Shown piece after piece: positions 41,650 through 50,927 of a DNA stretch of 64,000 nt (the stretch's first letter is position 1; each line of letters begins with the position of its first letter). This DNA comes from an uncultured virus (IMG/VR IMGVR_UViG_3300021962_006479). Its lineage: Duplodnaviria; Heunggongvirae; Uroviricota; Caudoviricetes. The notes beneath the pieces were generated by a model. That model searched no databases, had not been told where the DNA came from, and saw nothing but the letters and a program-made list of their open reading frames with translations. The stretch lies in IMG/VR virus record IMGVR_UViG_3300021962_006479, one strand, 5' to 3'. A program made the position numbers and the translations under genes.

Positions 41650-41687
41650 TAAAGGACTAAATAATAGAACACAACGAAAGTCCTATT

Positions 41688-42377
41688 ATGCTAACTAAAA
41701 TTTGCGAACATTGTAATATCAAATTTACATTACCCAATCTACATCAAAAAAATTTAAAAAGAAGGTTTTGTGGACCAATTTGTTCTAGACGATGGGCAGC
41801 AAATAATCGTACTGAATCCTGGAAAGAAAAGAATAGTATAGCTAAACAAGGAGAAAACAATCCAATGTTTGGAGTAAGACAGACTAATAGTAATAGCCTT
41901 GCTAATCTAACTAGAAGTGCATGGACCGGAAAACAGCAATCAGTAGAGTCAAACAAAAAACGATCTAATACACTAACTGGCAAAATAGTAACTGAGCAGT
42001 CTATACAAAAACGTAAGGATACCTGTATTGCTAAAGGTCTTTGGTGGAAACCAGATGATCCTGAATATTTAGAATTTAAAAAGTATCGTAGAAAAGTTTA
42101 TTATTGGACTTCAAAAAACGATTTAACTATGTTAGCAAACTTTGATAAAAGAAGCAAAACTGAGTATCATTTGGATCATAAATATAGTATATCAGAAGGA
42201 TTTAAAAACAAAGTTTCTCCCAATATTATTGGTAGTGTATATAATTTAGAATTTTTATTGAGTACTGATAATGTAAGAAAAGGGACTAAATGTTCCATAA
42301 CATTGGAGAAATTATATGAGTTATTCGCCGCAGTTGATAGACCATTACGAAAACCCAAGAAATGTGGGAAGTTTTAG
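41688..42377 (+). CDS. HNH-like homing endonuclease with Zn-binding N-terminus and NUMOD3
   Basis: CEHC..FCGPIC, GENNPMFG, YHLDH...NL......N..K; overlaps the iscU start by 62 nt. Confidence 0.65.
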   Translation: MLTKICEHCNIKFTLPNLHQKNLKRRFCGPICSRRWAANNRTESWKEKNSIAKQGENNPMFGVRQTNSNSLANLTRSAWTGKQQSVESNKKRSNTLTGKIVTEQSIQKRKDTCIAKGLWWKPDDPEYLEFKKYRRKVYYWTSKNDLTMLANFDKRSKTEYHLDHKYSISEGFKNKVSPNIIGSVYNLEFLLSTDNVRKGTKCSITLEKLYELFAAVDRPLRKPKKCGKF

Positions 42378-42705
42378 TAAAGATGAGGATGATGTAGGTA
42401 CAGGTATGGTAGGAGCCCCTGCATGCGGGGATGTAATGAAGTTACAGATTAAAGTAAATAAAGAAACAGGAATAATAACAGATGCCAAATTTAAAACATA
42501 TGGGTGTGGGTCGGCAATTGCTTCTTCAAGTCTTGTCACAGACTGGGTCAAAGGTAAAACATTGGATGAAGCTTCATCCATTAAAAACTCCCAGATCGCA
42601 GACGAACTTGCCCTCCCCCCAGTCAAAATCCACTGCAGTATCCTCGCCGAAGACGCCATCAAAGCCGCAGTAGAAGATTATAGAAAGAAATATAATGGCC
42701 AATGA
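42316..42705 (+). CDS. iscU: Fe-S cluster scaffold IscU
   Basis: DHYENPRNVG, GAPACGDVM, FKTYGCGSAIASSS, LPPVKIHCS. Confidence 0.95.
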   Translation: MSYSPQLIDHYENPRNVGSFSKDEDDVGTGMVGAPACGDVMKLQIKVNKETGIITDAKFKTYGCGSAIASSSLVTDWVKGKTLDEASSIKNSQIADELALPPVKIHCSILAEDAIKAAVEDYRKKYNGQ

Positions 42706-42997
42706 ATTAGCAAAATTTTTAAACTCACAACGCCGTCATCGGGATGAAACAGCAGTTAAGAAACAAGTTAAGATAGCAAAAGCACATGGGTTAACACATA
42801 AAGATAAAGCAATAAAAGAACCACACCGTTTAGCAAAACATCATGTTATGGATTGTGGTAATAAAGAATGTTATATATGTGGTAACCCACGCAGGTCACA
42901 TAAAGATAAACTAACAGCACAAGAGAAACGTTTATTTCAGGATATTGAAAAAACAACAGATAAACACAGTAATGGATTAAAACCCACTGATGAATGA
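42695..42997 (+). CDS. Basic Cys/His protein, hypothetical
   Basis: H..DCG...C..CGNPRR. Confidence 0.55.
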   Translation: MANELAKFLNSQRRHRDETAVKKQVKIAKAHGLTHKDKAIKEPHRLAKHHVMDCGNKECYICGNPRRSHKDKLTAQEKRLFQDIEKTTDKHSNGLKPTDE

Positions 42998-43018
42998 TTT
43001 ACACACAAAGGAGAAACT

Positions 43019-43483
43019 ATGTCAGAAACTATAACTAGCCTACAAGGGGCACTAGCCGGTGAAAGCCAAGCACATGTAAAATATAAATATTTTGCAAAAA
43101 TAGCACGTGCTGAAGGATATGAGGATATTGCAAAACATTTTGAGCATACAGCAGACCAAGAGCTACTACATGCCTGGGGTCATTTAGAATTGCTTATTAA
43201 GAAGCCAGATACTAAACAATGTTTAGAGATGGCAATTGAAGGTGAAACTTATGAATTTCAAGTTATGTATCCTGAGTTTCGTGAGATTGCAGAATTTGAA
43301 GGCAATTTACTTGCGGCAAAAGAAGCACAACATCAAATTGAAGAATCACAGCGTCATGCTAGTGAGTTTCAAGAAATACTAAAGAAAGCTGAAAAGCGTT
43401 TTGCGGCTCTTGCTAAAGTAGAGAAGCGCCATGCTGAAGCATATCAAGTTAAACTTGATGAACTAACAAAGGGAGCAGTATAA
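43019..43483 (+). CDS. Rubrerythrin
   Basis: AGESQA..KY..FA..A..EG, E..HA, GE.YE...MYP.F, E..H. Confidence 0.9.
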   Translation: MSETITSLQGALAGESQAHVKYKYFAKIARAEGYEDIAKHFEHTADQELLHAWGHLELLIKKPDTKQCLEMAIEGETYEFQVMYPEFREIAEFEGNLLAAKEAQHQIEESQRHASEFQEILKKAEKRFAALAKVEKRHAEAYQVKLDELTKGAV

Positions 43484-43611
43484 TGGATCATGTATGCGTA
43501 ATTTGTGGACATGTCCACGATGAAGAAACAGAAGGTAAATGGGATGATTTGCCAGAAGACTTTCCTTGCCCAGAGTGCGGTGGTTTTAAAGCTGATTACG
43601 AAACTATTTAA
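43483..43611 (+). CDS. Rubredoxin (42 aa, absent from ORF track)
   Basis: CVICG...W.DLPEDF.CPECG; ATG overlaps the rubrerythrin stop. Confidence 0.9.
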   Translation: MDHVCVICGHVHDEETEGKWDDLPEDFPCPECGGFKADYETI

Positions 43612-43617
43612 GAACTG

Positions 43618-44484
43618 ATGAATTTACAGAGTGGCTATTTAACTTGGTCTGGTACCGGCTCAAGTTGGTGTGTAAACATCAACTCGGTAAGTCGCCCCAT
43701 TAAATCTTTTTATGAAGAAACTGTACTAGTAGCTGAAAAAATTTGGGCAGAAAAACAAGGAAAAATTCATTTATGTTATAGTGGGGGTCTTGATAGCGAA
43801 TATGTACTAGCTGTGTTTAGGACTTTGGGTATGCCGATATCTCCTGTGATTATGCGTACACAATATAATCACCATGATATACAATATGCATTTAAATATT
43901 GTGATGAAAATAGCATTACTCCAATTATTATTGATTTAGATTATGATAAGTTTGTAGAGTCCGGTGAATTTTTAAAAATTGCAACAGAGTATAAAATAGC
44001 CGCATACCAAATGCCTAGCAATTTGTGGTTACTTACTCAACTAGAAGGAACAGTTATTACCGGTGATTCTGACCCTCACTTACTATTAGACATTAATGGC
44101 AAATGGTATGTAGATGAGATAGAACCTATATATAGACAATTTGATTTCTTTAAAAAAAATAATATACACGGTACACCTTTCTTTTTAAGTTATAATTCTG
44201 AACAATACTTTGCATTCCTTACTGACCCTACAATGTTATTATTAGCAAGTAATCGTATATCAGGTAAGACAGGATCTTACTCAAGTAAAGTTTATGTTTA
44301 TAATAATCAAGTTAAATTTAAATTAGAGCAACGACAAAAGCAACATGGATATGAAGTTGTAGAAAAAAGTCCAATATTCAATCATCCCGATATTCAATTA
44401 GTTAAAAGTTGGAAAGATAAATGGTGGGGGTCAAGTAATCATGAGTATTTTGATTTGATAGAAAGATTGTCATGGACACAGTAG
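43618..44484 (+). CDS. PP-loop (adenine nucleotide alpha hydrolase / N-type ATP pyrophosphatase) protein 1
   Basis: LCYSGGLDSE. Confidence 0.7.
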   Translation: MNLQSGYLTWSGTGSSWCVNINSVSRPIKSFYEETVLVAEKIWAEKQGKIHLCYSGGLDSEYVLAVFRTLGMPISPVIMRTQYNHHDIQYAFKYCDENSITPIIIDLDYDKFVESGEFLKIATEYKIAAYQMPSNLWLLTQLEGTVITGDSDPHLLLDINGKWYVDEIEPIYRQFDFFKKNNIHGTPFFLSYNSEQYFAFLTDPTMLLLASNRISGKTGSYSSKVYVYNNQVKFKLEQRQKQHGYEVVEKSPIFNHPDIQLVKSWKDKWWGSSNHEYFDLIERLSWTQ

Positions 44485-45002
44485 TAATGATAACACTCTC
44501 TAAAGAAAATAAAGATAAATTTGTTGACATGCTTAAACGTGCATTGATTGATAAGTTTGGAGAAGAGATTCCAGAAAATTACAATTATACTCACCCATGG
44601 AGCTTGTTAAGTTTATTAAGGGATGATGCAATTGATACGTATCAATTATTGTATGTTAATGAGAAATTTTGGACTGCAACTGGTGGCATAGTCAGAGAGT
44701 TCAACGGTAATAAAGTATATCAGGCGGTGTTTCGTGGTTTTTCCGATGCTGATAATAGGCATAAGGGTTTAGGTGTAAAATCATATACACACCTTCATAA
44801 TACTAAATACCAAATTGAAAGAGCCAAAGAGTTAGGTTGTCATAGTGTAATTATTTCATTTAATGATTACAATTATAAACTTTTTGAATTAACAAAAAAA
44901 TATATGTTACCTAAGGCATTGCCCGAACACACCTTTACTGCGTCATCCAAACCTATAATGTTTAATGGTGTAGAACAATGGTTGTTAACATTAGAGCTAT
45001 GA
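44472..45002 (+). CDS. Possible GNAT-fold acyltransferase
   Basis: R.KGLG motif and A.ELG....I..N..N. Confidence 0.4.
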   Translation: MDTVVMITLSKENKDKFVDMLKRALIDKFGEEIPENYNYTHPWSLLSLLRDDAIDTYQLLYVNEKFWTATGGIVREFNGNKVYQAVFRGFSDADNRHKGLGVKSYTHLHNTKYQIERAKELGCHSVIISFNDYNYKLFELTKKYMLPKALPEHTFTASSKPIMFNGVEQWLLTLEL

Positions 45003-45014
45003 ATAAATAGTAAC

Positions 45015-45722
45015 ATGACATACAAACAAAAACTCATTATAACACAGATTTATTTACATATTTTATTTGTAATAGGGTTATTATATTACCCGTGGTACAT
45101 AACAATACCCACACTTGTTCTATCGCAGATTTTATATGTTGGGTTGTGTGGTACTATGCTATTCCATAGAACAGTATCACATAAAAATGACATTCATCCG
45201 TTAGCTGAAAAAATACTAGTAACGTTATCTTGGTTAGGTGCAACCTCATCTGCATTAGCTTGGGCAGGTGTCCATAGAAAACATCATAGATATAGTGACA
45301 CAGAAAAAGACCCACATAGTCCTAAGTTTATGGGACGTTTTAGAGCATATTGGCAAATGTCAGATAATGACAAAGATATTGTAAAATATGTTCCTGACTT
45401 GCTAAGAAAACCATTATATCTGTTTCAACACAAATACTATTTTCATGTATTGTATTCTATTCACCTATTAGGATTAATCTTTTTACCATTGAAATGGTAT
45501 TGGATATTACTTGTAGTGCCCGGAGTACTAATGTGGTTAGGTGGAAGTTTAATTAACATATTCTGCCATGACAAGAACGGACCCACAAATGTACCAGTAT
45601 TAGGATTCTTAAACGGAGGTGAAGGTTGGCACAAAAACCATCACGACCAACCTGCTAATCCGTCATTTAGACACTGGGCTGATTGGGGTGGACATTTCCA
45701 TTCGTTACTTAAGGTCAAATAA
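45015..45722 (+). CDS. Membrane fatty-acid desaturase (delta-9-like)
   Basis: His boxes HRTVSH, HRKHH..SD...DPHSP, GEGWHKNHH. Confidence 0.9.
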   Translation: MTYKQKLIITQIYLHILFVIGLLYYPWYITIPTLVLSQILYVGLCGTMLFHRTVSHKNDIHPLAEKILVTLSWLGATSSALAWAGVHRKHHRYSDTEKDPHSPKFMGRFRAYWQMSDNDKDIVKYVPDLLRKPLYLFQHKYYFHVLYSIHLLGLIFLPLKWYWILLVVPGVLMWLGGSLINIFCHDKNGPTNVPVLGFLNGGEGWHKNHHDQPANPSFRHWADWGGHFHSLLKVK

Positions 45723-45723
45723 A

Positions 45724-46443
45724 ATGACACAAAAAATAAAACATTTATTACCAACCTATAGTATTTTAGAACATTTGAAATTAGATTCAACCTTACTTTC
45801 TGAACTACAAACCTGTGTACGTAATTTAGAAACAGAGTTCAAGTCTGCACTGAAAGTAAACAAAAAGTTATGCGGAGTACATTATGATTTAACTAATGAT
45901 GTTTATAAAAACTTCTTTCAAATAAGTCTAACCGATAGCGAATTACCAAACGAAGAAGTCTCTATTGATGAGTTAGAAATGATAGCTAAAGACTTTCATA
46001 AAGAGGGTAAGATTAAAGGCATGCGTCAAAAAAAGATGTTAAGTACCGACGTAAGTAGTATTCATAATGAAGCAACATTTGTTCATAAAACGGAAATCTA
46101 CAAAAAATATGCAACTATATTTGATAAAGTTTTGAGCAAATTTAAAGGTACACCTACTAGAATTCGTTTAGTAAAATTAGAAGCAGGTAATAATATTACC
46201 CCACATATTGATTATGACCCTAGTTACGCAGTTAGAATTATCATTCCTATATTCGCTGAACCAGAGTGTGTTAACTTGTTTTGGGTTAAAAATAATATTG
46301 AATCAGTATTGTTTACTCCAGGAAATGCATACTTCTTGAATACTGGGTATAAACATGCAGTAACTAATTTTAGTAAGCATGATAGATATACTTTTATGAT
46401 ATCTATCAATGGCACTGAAGATATTAATCATTTATTAACATGA
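45724..46443 (+). CDS. Asp/Asn beta-hydroxylase-like 2OG-Fe(II) oxygenase
   Basis: R...L..G..I.PHID, NTG.KH.V.N....R. Confidence 0.75.
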   Translation: MTQKIKHLLPTYSILEHLKLDSTLLSELQTCVRNLETEFKSALKVNKKLCGVHYDLTNDVYKNFFQISLTDSELPNEEVSIDELEMIAKDFHKEGKIKGMRQKKMLSTDVSSIHNEATFVHKTEIYKKYATIFDKVLSKFKGTPTRIRLVKLEAGNNITPHIDYDPSYAVRIIIPIFAEPECVNLFWVKNNIESVLFTPGNAYFLNTGYKHAVTNFSKHDRYTFMISINGTEDINHLLT

Positions 46444-47567
46444 CACTTGGACATTATACCGTTAACGGTGAAATATTTCATAGCAAAAGCAAAGCGGCAT
46501 ACAAAGCATCAGAAAGTAAATCTCCATTAAAATGGTATTTTTATGATGAGATTTGGTTTGATTTGTATGAAAATTATAGGAAATCTCCTATATACATACC
46601 GCCGTTGGATGAACTATATAAACAACGAGCACACCAGTTGAGAGACAAATATGATTATTTGATTTTAAATTATAGTGGCGGTGCAGACAGTCATAATGTT
46701 TTAATGTCATTTCTATCTAATAACATAAAATTAGATGAAATATATGTTCAGCGTAGTTCTACAGTTGATGAAAAGATATATACTCCAAATAAGGCAGATT
46801 TGACAGCCGCAAATCTGTTTAGCGAATGGGACTTCACAATTAAACCTACATTAGAGTGGATAGCCAAAGAGTACCCTGATATTAAAATAAACATACATGA
46901 TATTTTTCAAACACAATCCTTAAAGGTATATGATGATATAGGTGATAGAGCCGGGCATTATTTAGGTGTTTTTGAAATATTAAGACAATCATCATATTCT
47001 GATTCAATACAAAAATGTTTAGATAAAGGTAAAACTGTAGCAGACATTTACGGGATAGACAAACCTCATCTTGTAATTAAAGAAAATACGTTATTTGGAT
47101 TCTTCACAGACGGTGCTGTTAATGTTGCCAATAAGATATATTCATCAGATACTAACGCTTCTACTGAATTATTTTATTGGTCAGTAGATTGTCCTTTAAT
47201 TTTCTATGCACAGGCTAGAGCTATATTAGAACAATTAAATAAAGATCCTACTAATAGAGCACTATTTGAGGTTAAACGATTAATATCATCGGCAACACAT
47301 GATGAAAGTAGAAACTTTTTTATACCCATAATTTATAATACATGGGACTATAAATTTCAAGTAGGAAAAACTAGTGAACTTTCTACTATGGGCCGTACTA
47401 GAGATTTGATATACTTAAACCATAATGATTTTAAATCATACAAAGAGAGATGGGATTATAACTTTTCAAGTTGGTATTCAACTATAGATGTAAACTTATT
47501 AACGTTTAATCATACCTGTCAGCGTATTTGTATATCGCCGTGGGTTAAAATAGGAAATTTAATATGA
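46440..47567 (+). CDS. PP-loop protein 2
   Basis: LY.QRA.QLRD.YDYLIL.YSGGADS.N, G.DKP, E.FYWS. Confidence 0.75.
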   Translation: MTLGHYTVNGEIFHSKSKAAYKASESKSPLKWYFYDEIWFDLYENYRKSPIYIPPLDELYKQRAHQLRDKYDYLILNYSGGADSHNVLMSFLSNNIKLDEIYVQRSSTVDEKIYTPNKADLTAANLFSEWDFTIKPTLEWIAKEYPDIKINIHDIFQTQSLKVYDDIGDRAGHYLGVFEILRQSSYSDSIQKCLDKGKTVADIYGIDKPHLVIKENTLFGFFTDGAVNVANKIYSSDTNASTELFYWSVDCPLIFYAQARAILEQLNKDPTNRALFEVKRLISSATHDESRNFFIPIIYNTWDYKFQVGKTSELSTMGRTRDLIYLNHNDFKSYKERWDYNFSSWYSTIDVNLLTFNHTCQRICISPWVKIGNLI

Positions 47568-48466
47568 TAAAAAAAATATTAATCGTAGTTGCTATGTTAT
47601 TAGTAACTACAATGTCACACTCATTTGACTTAACAAAAGAACCAATTAAAGTTGTTATACCGTTTTCTCCGGGAGGCGGAGTAGATGCTACATTCAAAAG
47701 TATTATGAACTATGCTACTAAACATAATATAAAATTAGTTCCTGTATACAGGCCCGGCGCAGAGGGATTGATAGGTATGAATGAATTAGCTAAGTCAAAA
47801 AATGACGGGTATACAGTTGGAATAGTTACTACCGGTAACATCGCTATATATAGAATGAAAAATAACACAGATAATATTAAACCTATAATAGGAATTAGAA
47901 ATGCACCAATAGCATTGATTGTAAATGCTAAATCCCCTATTAAAACATTAGCCGATTATGAAAATGCAATAAAGAATGATCCAAAGTTTAGTTTTGGATT
48001 TGCCGCACCTGCGCAAAGAATGTATTTCAGTCAATTAACTGAATTAATGAAGATAAGAAATGAACCCATTAATATAGCATACAAGGGTGGTTCAAATGTT
48101 ATAACAGATTTATTGGGGGGTCATATTACATCTGCATTACTACCGTATAATATTATATCAACATATGCAGATACAGACACCATTAGAATAATTGCTATTA
48201 ACTCATCAACGGTGCCAAAAAATAGTCCAAATTCAATGTTATTGCAAAAACATTATGTTCAATGGGAAGATTTTGACTGGTATTGTTTGATTACACCGCC
48301 GGACACAACTACTGAAGTAATAAAAGCTTGGACTATTTTTATTAATCAATACCTTAACGATCCTGCAACATTGGATGAATTTAAAAGAGATAACATTGAA
48401 TTAGTTTCTAGTGATCCGCAAAAAGCGGAAGAGACGGTTAAGACATTCATCGCAAAGTCTTATTAA
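47564..48466 (+). CDS. Bug/TctC-family extracytoplasmic solute-binding protein
   Basis: Signal peptide, P.KVVIPFSPGGGVD, RPGA.G.IG, DGYT, YKGG....DLLGGH. Confidence 0.85.
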   Translation: MIKKILIVVAMLLVTTMSHSFDLTKEPIKVVIPFSPGGGVDATFKSIMNYATKHNIKLVPVYRPGAEGLIGMNELAKSKNDGYTVGIVTTGNIAIYRMKNNTDNIKPIIGIRNAPIALIVNAKSPIKTLADYENAIKNDPKFSFGFAAPAQRMYFSQLTELMKIRNEPINIAYKGGSNVITDLLGGHITSALLPYNIISTYADTDTIRIIAINSSTVPKNSPNSMLLQKHYVQWEDFDWYCLITPPDTTTEVIKAWTIFINQYLNDPATLDEFKRDNIELVSSDPQKAEETVKTFIAKSY

Positions 48467-48480
48467 CACTGATTTGTATA

Positions 48481-48777
48481 TTAAACAATATTTTCTTTGA
48501 TTCTCACAATTGAATTATTAGCTTCATACGCATTGCGTCCGACAATATATTCTACTATTAATGGATCCGTTTTATATCTAACAAATGATTCCTCATTTAT
48601 AAATGTCACTTCTTTGGTCAATATATCTGTACTATTAGATGATTCATTACTAATAGTGACTAATGACATTATTCCTGTATTTATGTAGGTTTCATTTAAA
48701 TGTGTTTCCAGCGAAGGATCTTTTGGATACCATTCAATATTGACATTTTTTATAGTAACAATACGATATTTGTACAT
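48481..48777 (-). CDS. Small hypothetical protein (98 aa)
   Basis: AAGGA RBS and upstream GATAAATA on the minus strand. Confidence 0.55.
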   Translation of the reverse strand: MYKYRIVTIKNVNIEWYPKDPSLETHLNETYINTGIMSLVTISNESSNSTDILTKEVTFINEESFVRYKTDPLIVEYIVGRNAYEANNSIVRIKENIV

Positions 48778-48842
48778 TGCTATTCCTTTTATTAATAATG
48801 TATTTATCATCACTAAATAATTAACTCACAAAGGAATCTTAG

Positions 48843-49748
48843 ATGATTAAAATACTTGTATTATTAACCGTGTTATTAAATATAACTACTTCTGCACATG
48901 CCGAATGGATACCAGATAAAAACAAAACAGTTGCAGTTATAAGTGGCCATGGACCGGGCGGAACAACACATCTTGTTGCAACTTGGTTTGAGAGATTTTT
49001 ATCATCAAAAGGTATAACTGCATTTGTTGATGTTAAACAAGGGGCTAAAGGACAAATAGCAACAGCACATTTAAGTCAACAACAACCCAATGGATATTCA
49101 TTACTAATGACATTGGGTCTAGGAATGATGGTTCACCCTGATGAGGCCGCATATATGTCAAAAAAGCATTCATATAAAGATTTTGAACTTATCACTATAG
49201 TTGGTAAAGTACCTTCGTTCTTAGTTACACGGTCTGATAACTCGGTTAAAACCATCAATCAATTAATAGCTTTACCTAGAAAGAAGATTAGTATTGCATA
49301 TTCAACCGAGACACAAGAAATTTTAGCTAAAACTCTTGCAAAAACCTTAAATCATGATGTAGTGGTTGTACCCTACAAAAACAATAGTGATGTGACAAGA
49401 GACTTATTAGGTGGCATAATTGACTATGCAATATCAACACAGGCTTCAACTGGTACTTATATTCAACAAGGAAAAATGGTAGCAATTGCAACTACTGCTT
49501 CAGGAACTAATGTACCTGAGTTCAGCTCAAAAATTAATCCATTGGGTAAAGATTTTGGTGCATTAATAGGGATCGTAGTTCCAAAAGGAACACCACCTCA
49601 TGTAATAAATTTTTATACTGACATATCTAAAGAGTTCATACAAACTCACAAATCAAAATTTAATGAGGTTTACTTAAATAGTTCTGATGCAATGTTTGGT
49701 CAAAAAGAGTTCCTACGAGAATTAATGTTTTTAGAATCTTTGCTCTAA
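48843..49748 (+). CDS. Bug/TctC-family extracytoplasmic solute-binding protein 2
   Basis: Signal peptide, GPGG.T, GA.G.IA, PNGY.L, PYK......DLLGG.ID, PKGTP. Confidence 0.8.
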   Translation: MIKILVLLTVLLNITTSAHAEWIPDKNKTVAVISGHGPGGTTHLVATWFERFLSSKGITAFVDVKQGAKGQIATAHLSQQQPNGYSLLMTLGLGMMVHPDEAAYMSKKHSYKDFELITIVGKVPSFLVTRSDNSVKTINQLIALPRKKISIAYSTETQEILAKTLAKTLNHDVVVVPYKNNSDVTRDLLGGIIDYAISTQASTGTYIQQGKMVAIATTASGTNVPEFSSKINPLGKDFGALIGIVVPKGTPPHVINFYTDISKEFIQTHKSKFNEVYLNSSDAMFGQKEFLRELMFLESLL

Positions 49749-49749
49749 T

Positions 49750-50910
49750 ATGTTTACCAAATATGGATATTACTTAGTAGGAGAAGAAAAACATTATAGC
49801 TGTATGTTAGCGCACATTGCAGCCTCAAAAAATAAACAACCAATATATTGGTTTTATCATGAGGATATCTTTGAAAAGGTAAACAGAGAACATTTAGGAA
49901 AATTTCCTCTAGATTTTTTCTATAAGCAACGAGCGTTACAACTAAGAGATGCGTATGACTATCTTATACTAAACTACAGTGGTGGTTCAGATAGTCATAA
50001 CATTTTGATGACTTACCTTAACAATAACATTAAGTTAGATCAAATAACAGTCAGACTACCTTTTAGTGCGTTAAATAATAATATTCATAAACCAAATCAA
50101 AACGATACTTCACAATTAAACCGATACAGCGAATGGGATTTTACAATAAAACCAATGCTTGAATGGGTATCAACAAATCATCCGTATACTAAAATAGTAT
50201 TATTAGATTGGTTAGATGAATCTGCTATGAATTCTTTAAAAGAAGATTCGTTTATAGATCCTAGGGGTGGTTACTTTTTAGGTAGTATGCTTAGGTCTGC
50301 TAACTTTGCGGTGGATCCAGGTGAACGAGAGATGTTAGATAAAGGAAAAAGTGTAGCTCTAATGTGGGGAATCGATAAACCTAGACTAATATCGTTAGGA
50401 ACAGAATCCGGCGATAAAGTCTATATGAATCTTAAAGATAAGCCAATGGTTATATCAAGTCCTACAATTCACAATCCTAATGGTACTGAGTATTTTTATT
50501 GGTCACCTGACATGCCAGAGTTAGCATGGGAAATGGCATACAAAACTTTTAAATTTTTTGACATTAACAAAGATTTAAGATATGTAATTCAAAAGATGCC
50601 TGGTCAAGGTCATACAGTTGGACATGCCAAGTGGCAAAAATTTTGTGACCTGACAGGTACAGTATTGTACTCAACATGGGATAAAAATAAGTTTCAAGTA
50701 GAAAAACCTTCATGGGGTATAAAAAGCGATATGCGACCGGGTGATGTAATAATTGAAACGTTACCTGAGCTTGCTGATCTAAAGGCAAAATGGAGATATT
50801 ATTGGAAATCATACGATAACATGTTAGACCGTTCTATCCCTAGTATTATGGAAAATGGAGAGTTTTTACCTACTGCTACAAAATGGCATTATTTAGGAAC
50901 ATATTCTTAA
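49750..50910 (+). CDS. PP-loop protein 3 (paralog of 46440-47567)
   Basis: YKQRALQLRDAYDYLILNYSGGSDSHN, GIDKP, EYFYWSP. Confidence 0.75.
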   Translation: MFTKYGYYLVGEEKHYSCMLAHIAASKNKQPIYWFYHEDIFEKVNREHLGKFPLDFFYKQRALQLRDAYDYLILNYSGGSDSHNILMTYLNNNIKLDQITVRLPFSALNNNIHKPNQNDTSQLNRYSEWDFTIKPMLEWVSTNHPYTKIVLLDWLDESAMNSLKEDSFIDPRGGYFLGSMLRSANFAVDPGEREMLDKGKSVALMWGIDKPRLISLGTESGDKVYMNLKDKPMVISSPTIHNPNGTEYFYWSPDMPELAWEMAYKTFKFFDINKDLRYVIQKMPGQGHTVGHAKWQKFCDLTGTVLYSTWDKNKFQVEKPSWGIKSDMRPGDVIIETLPELADLKAKWRYYWKSYDNMLDRSIPSIMENGEFLPTATKWHYLGTYS

Positions 50911-50927
50911 CTACAACAAATAAAAAA

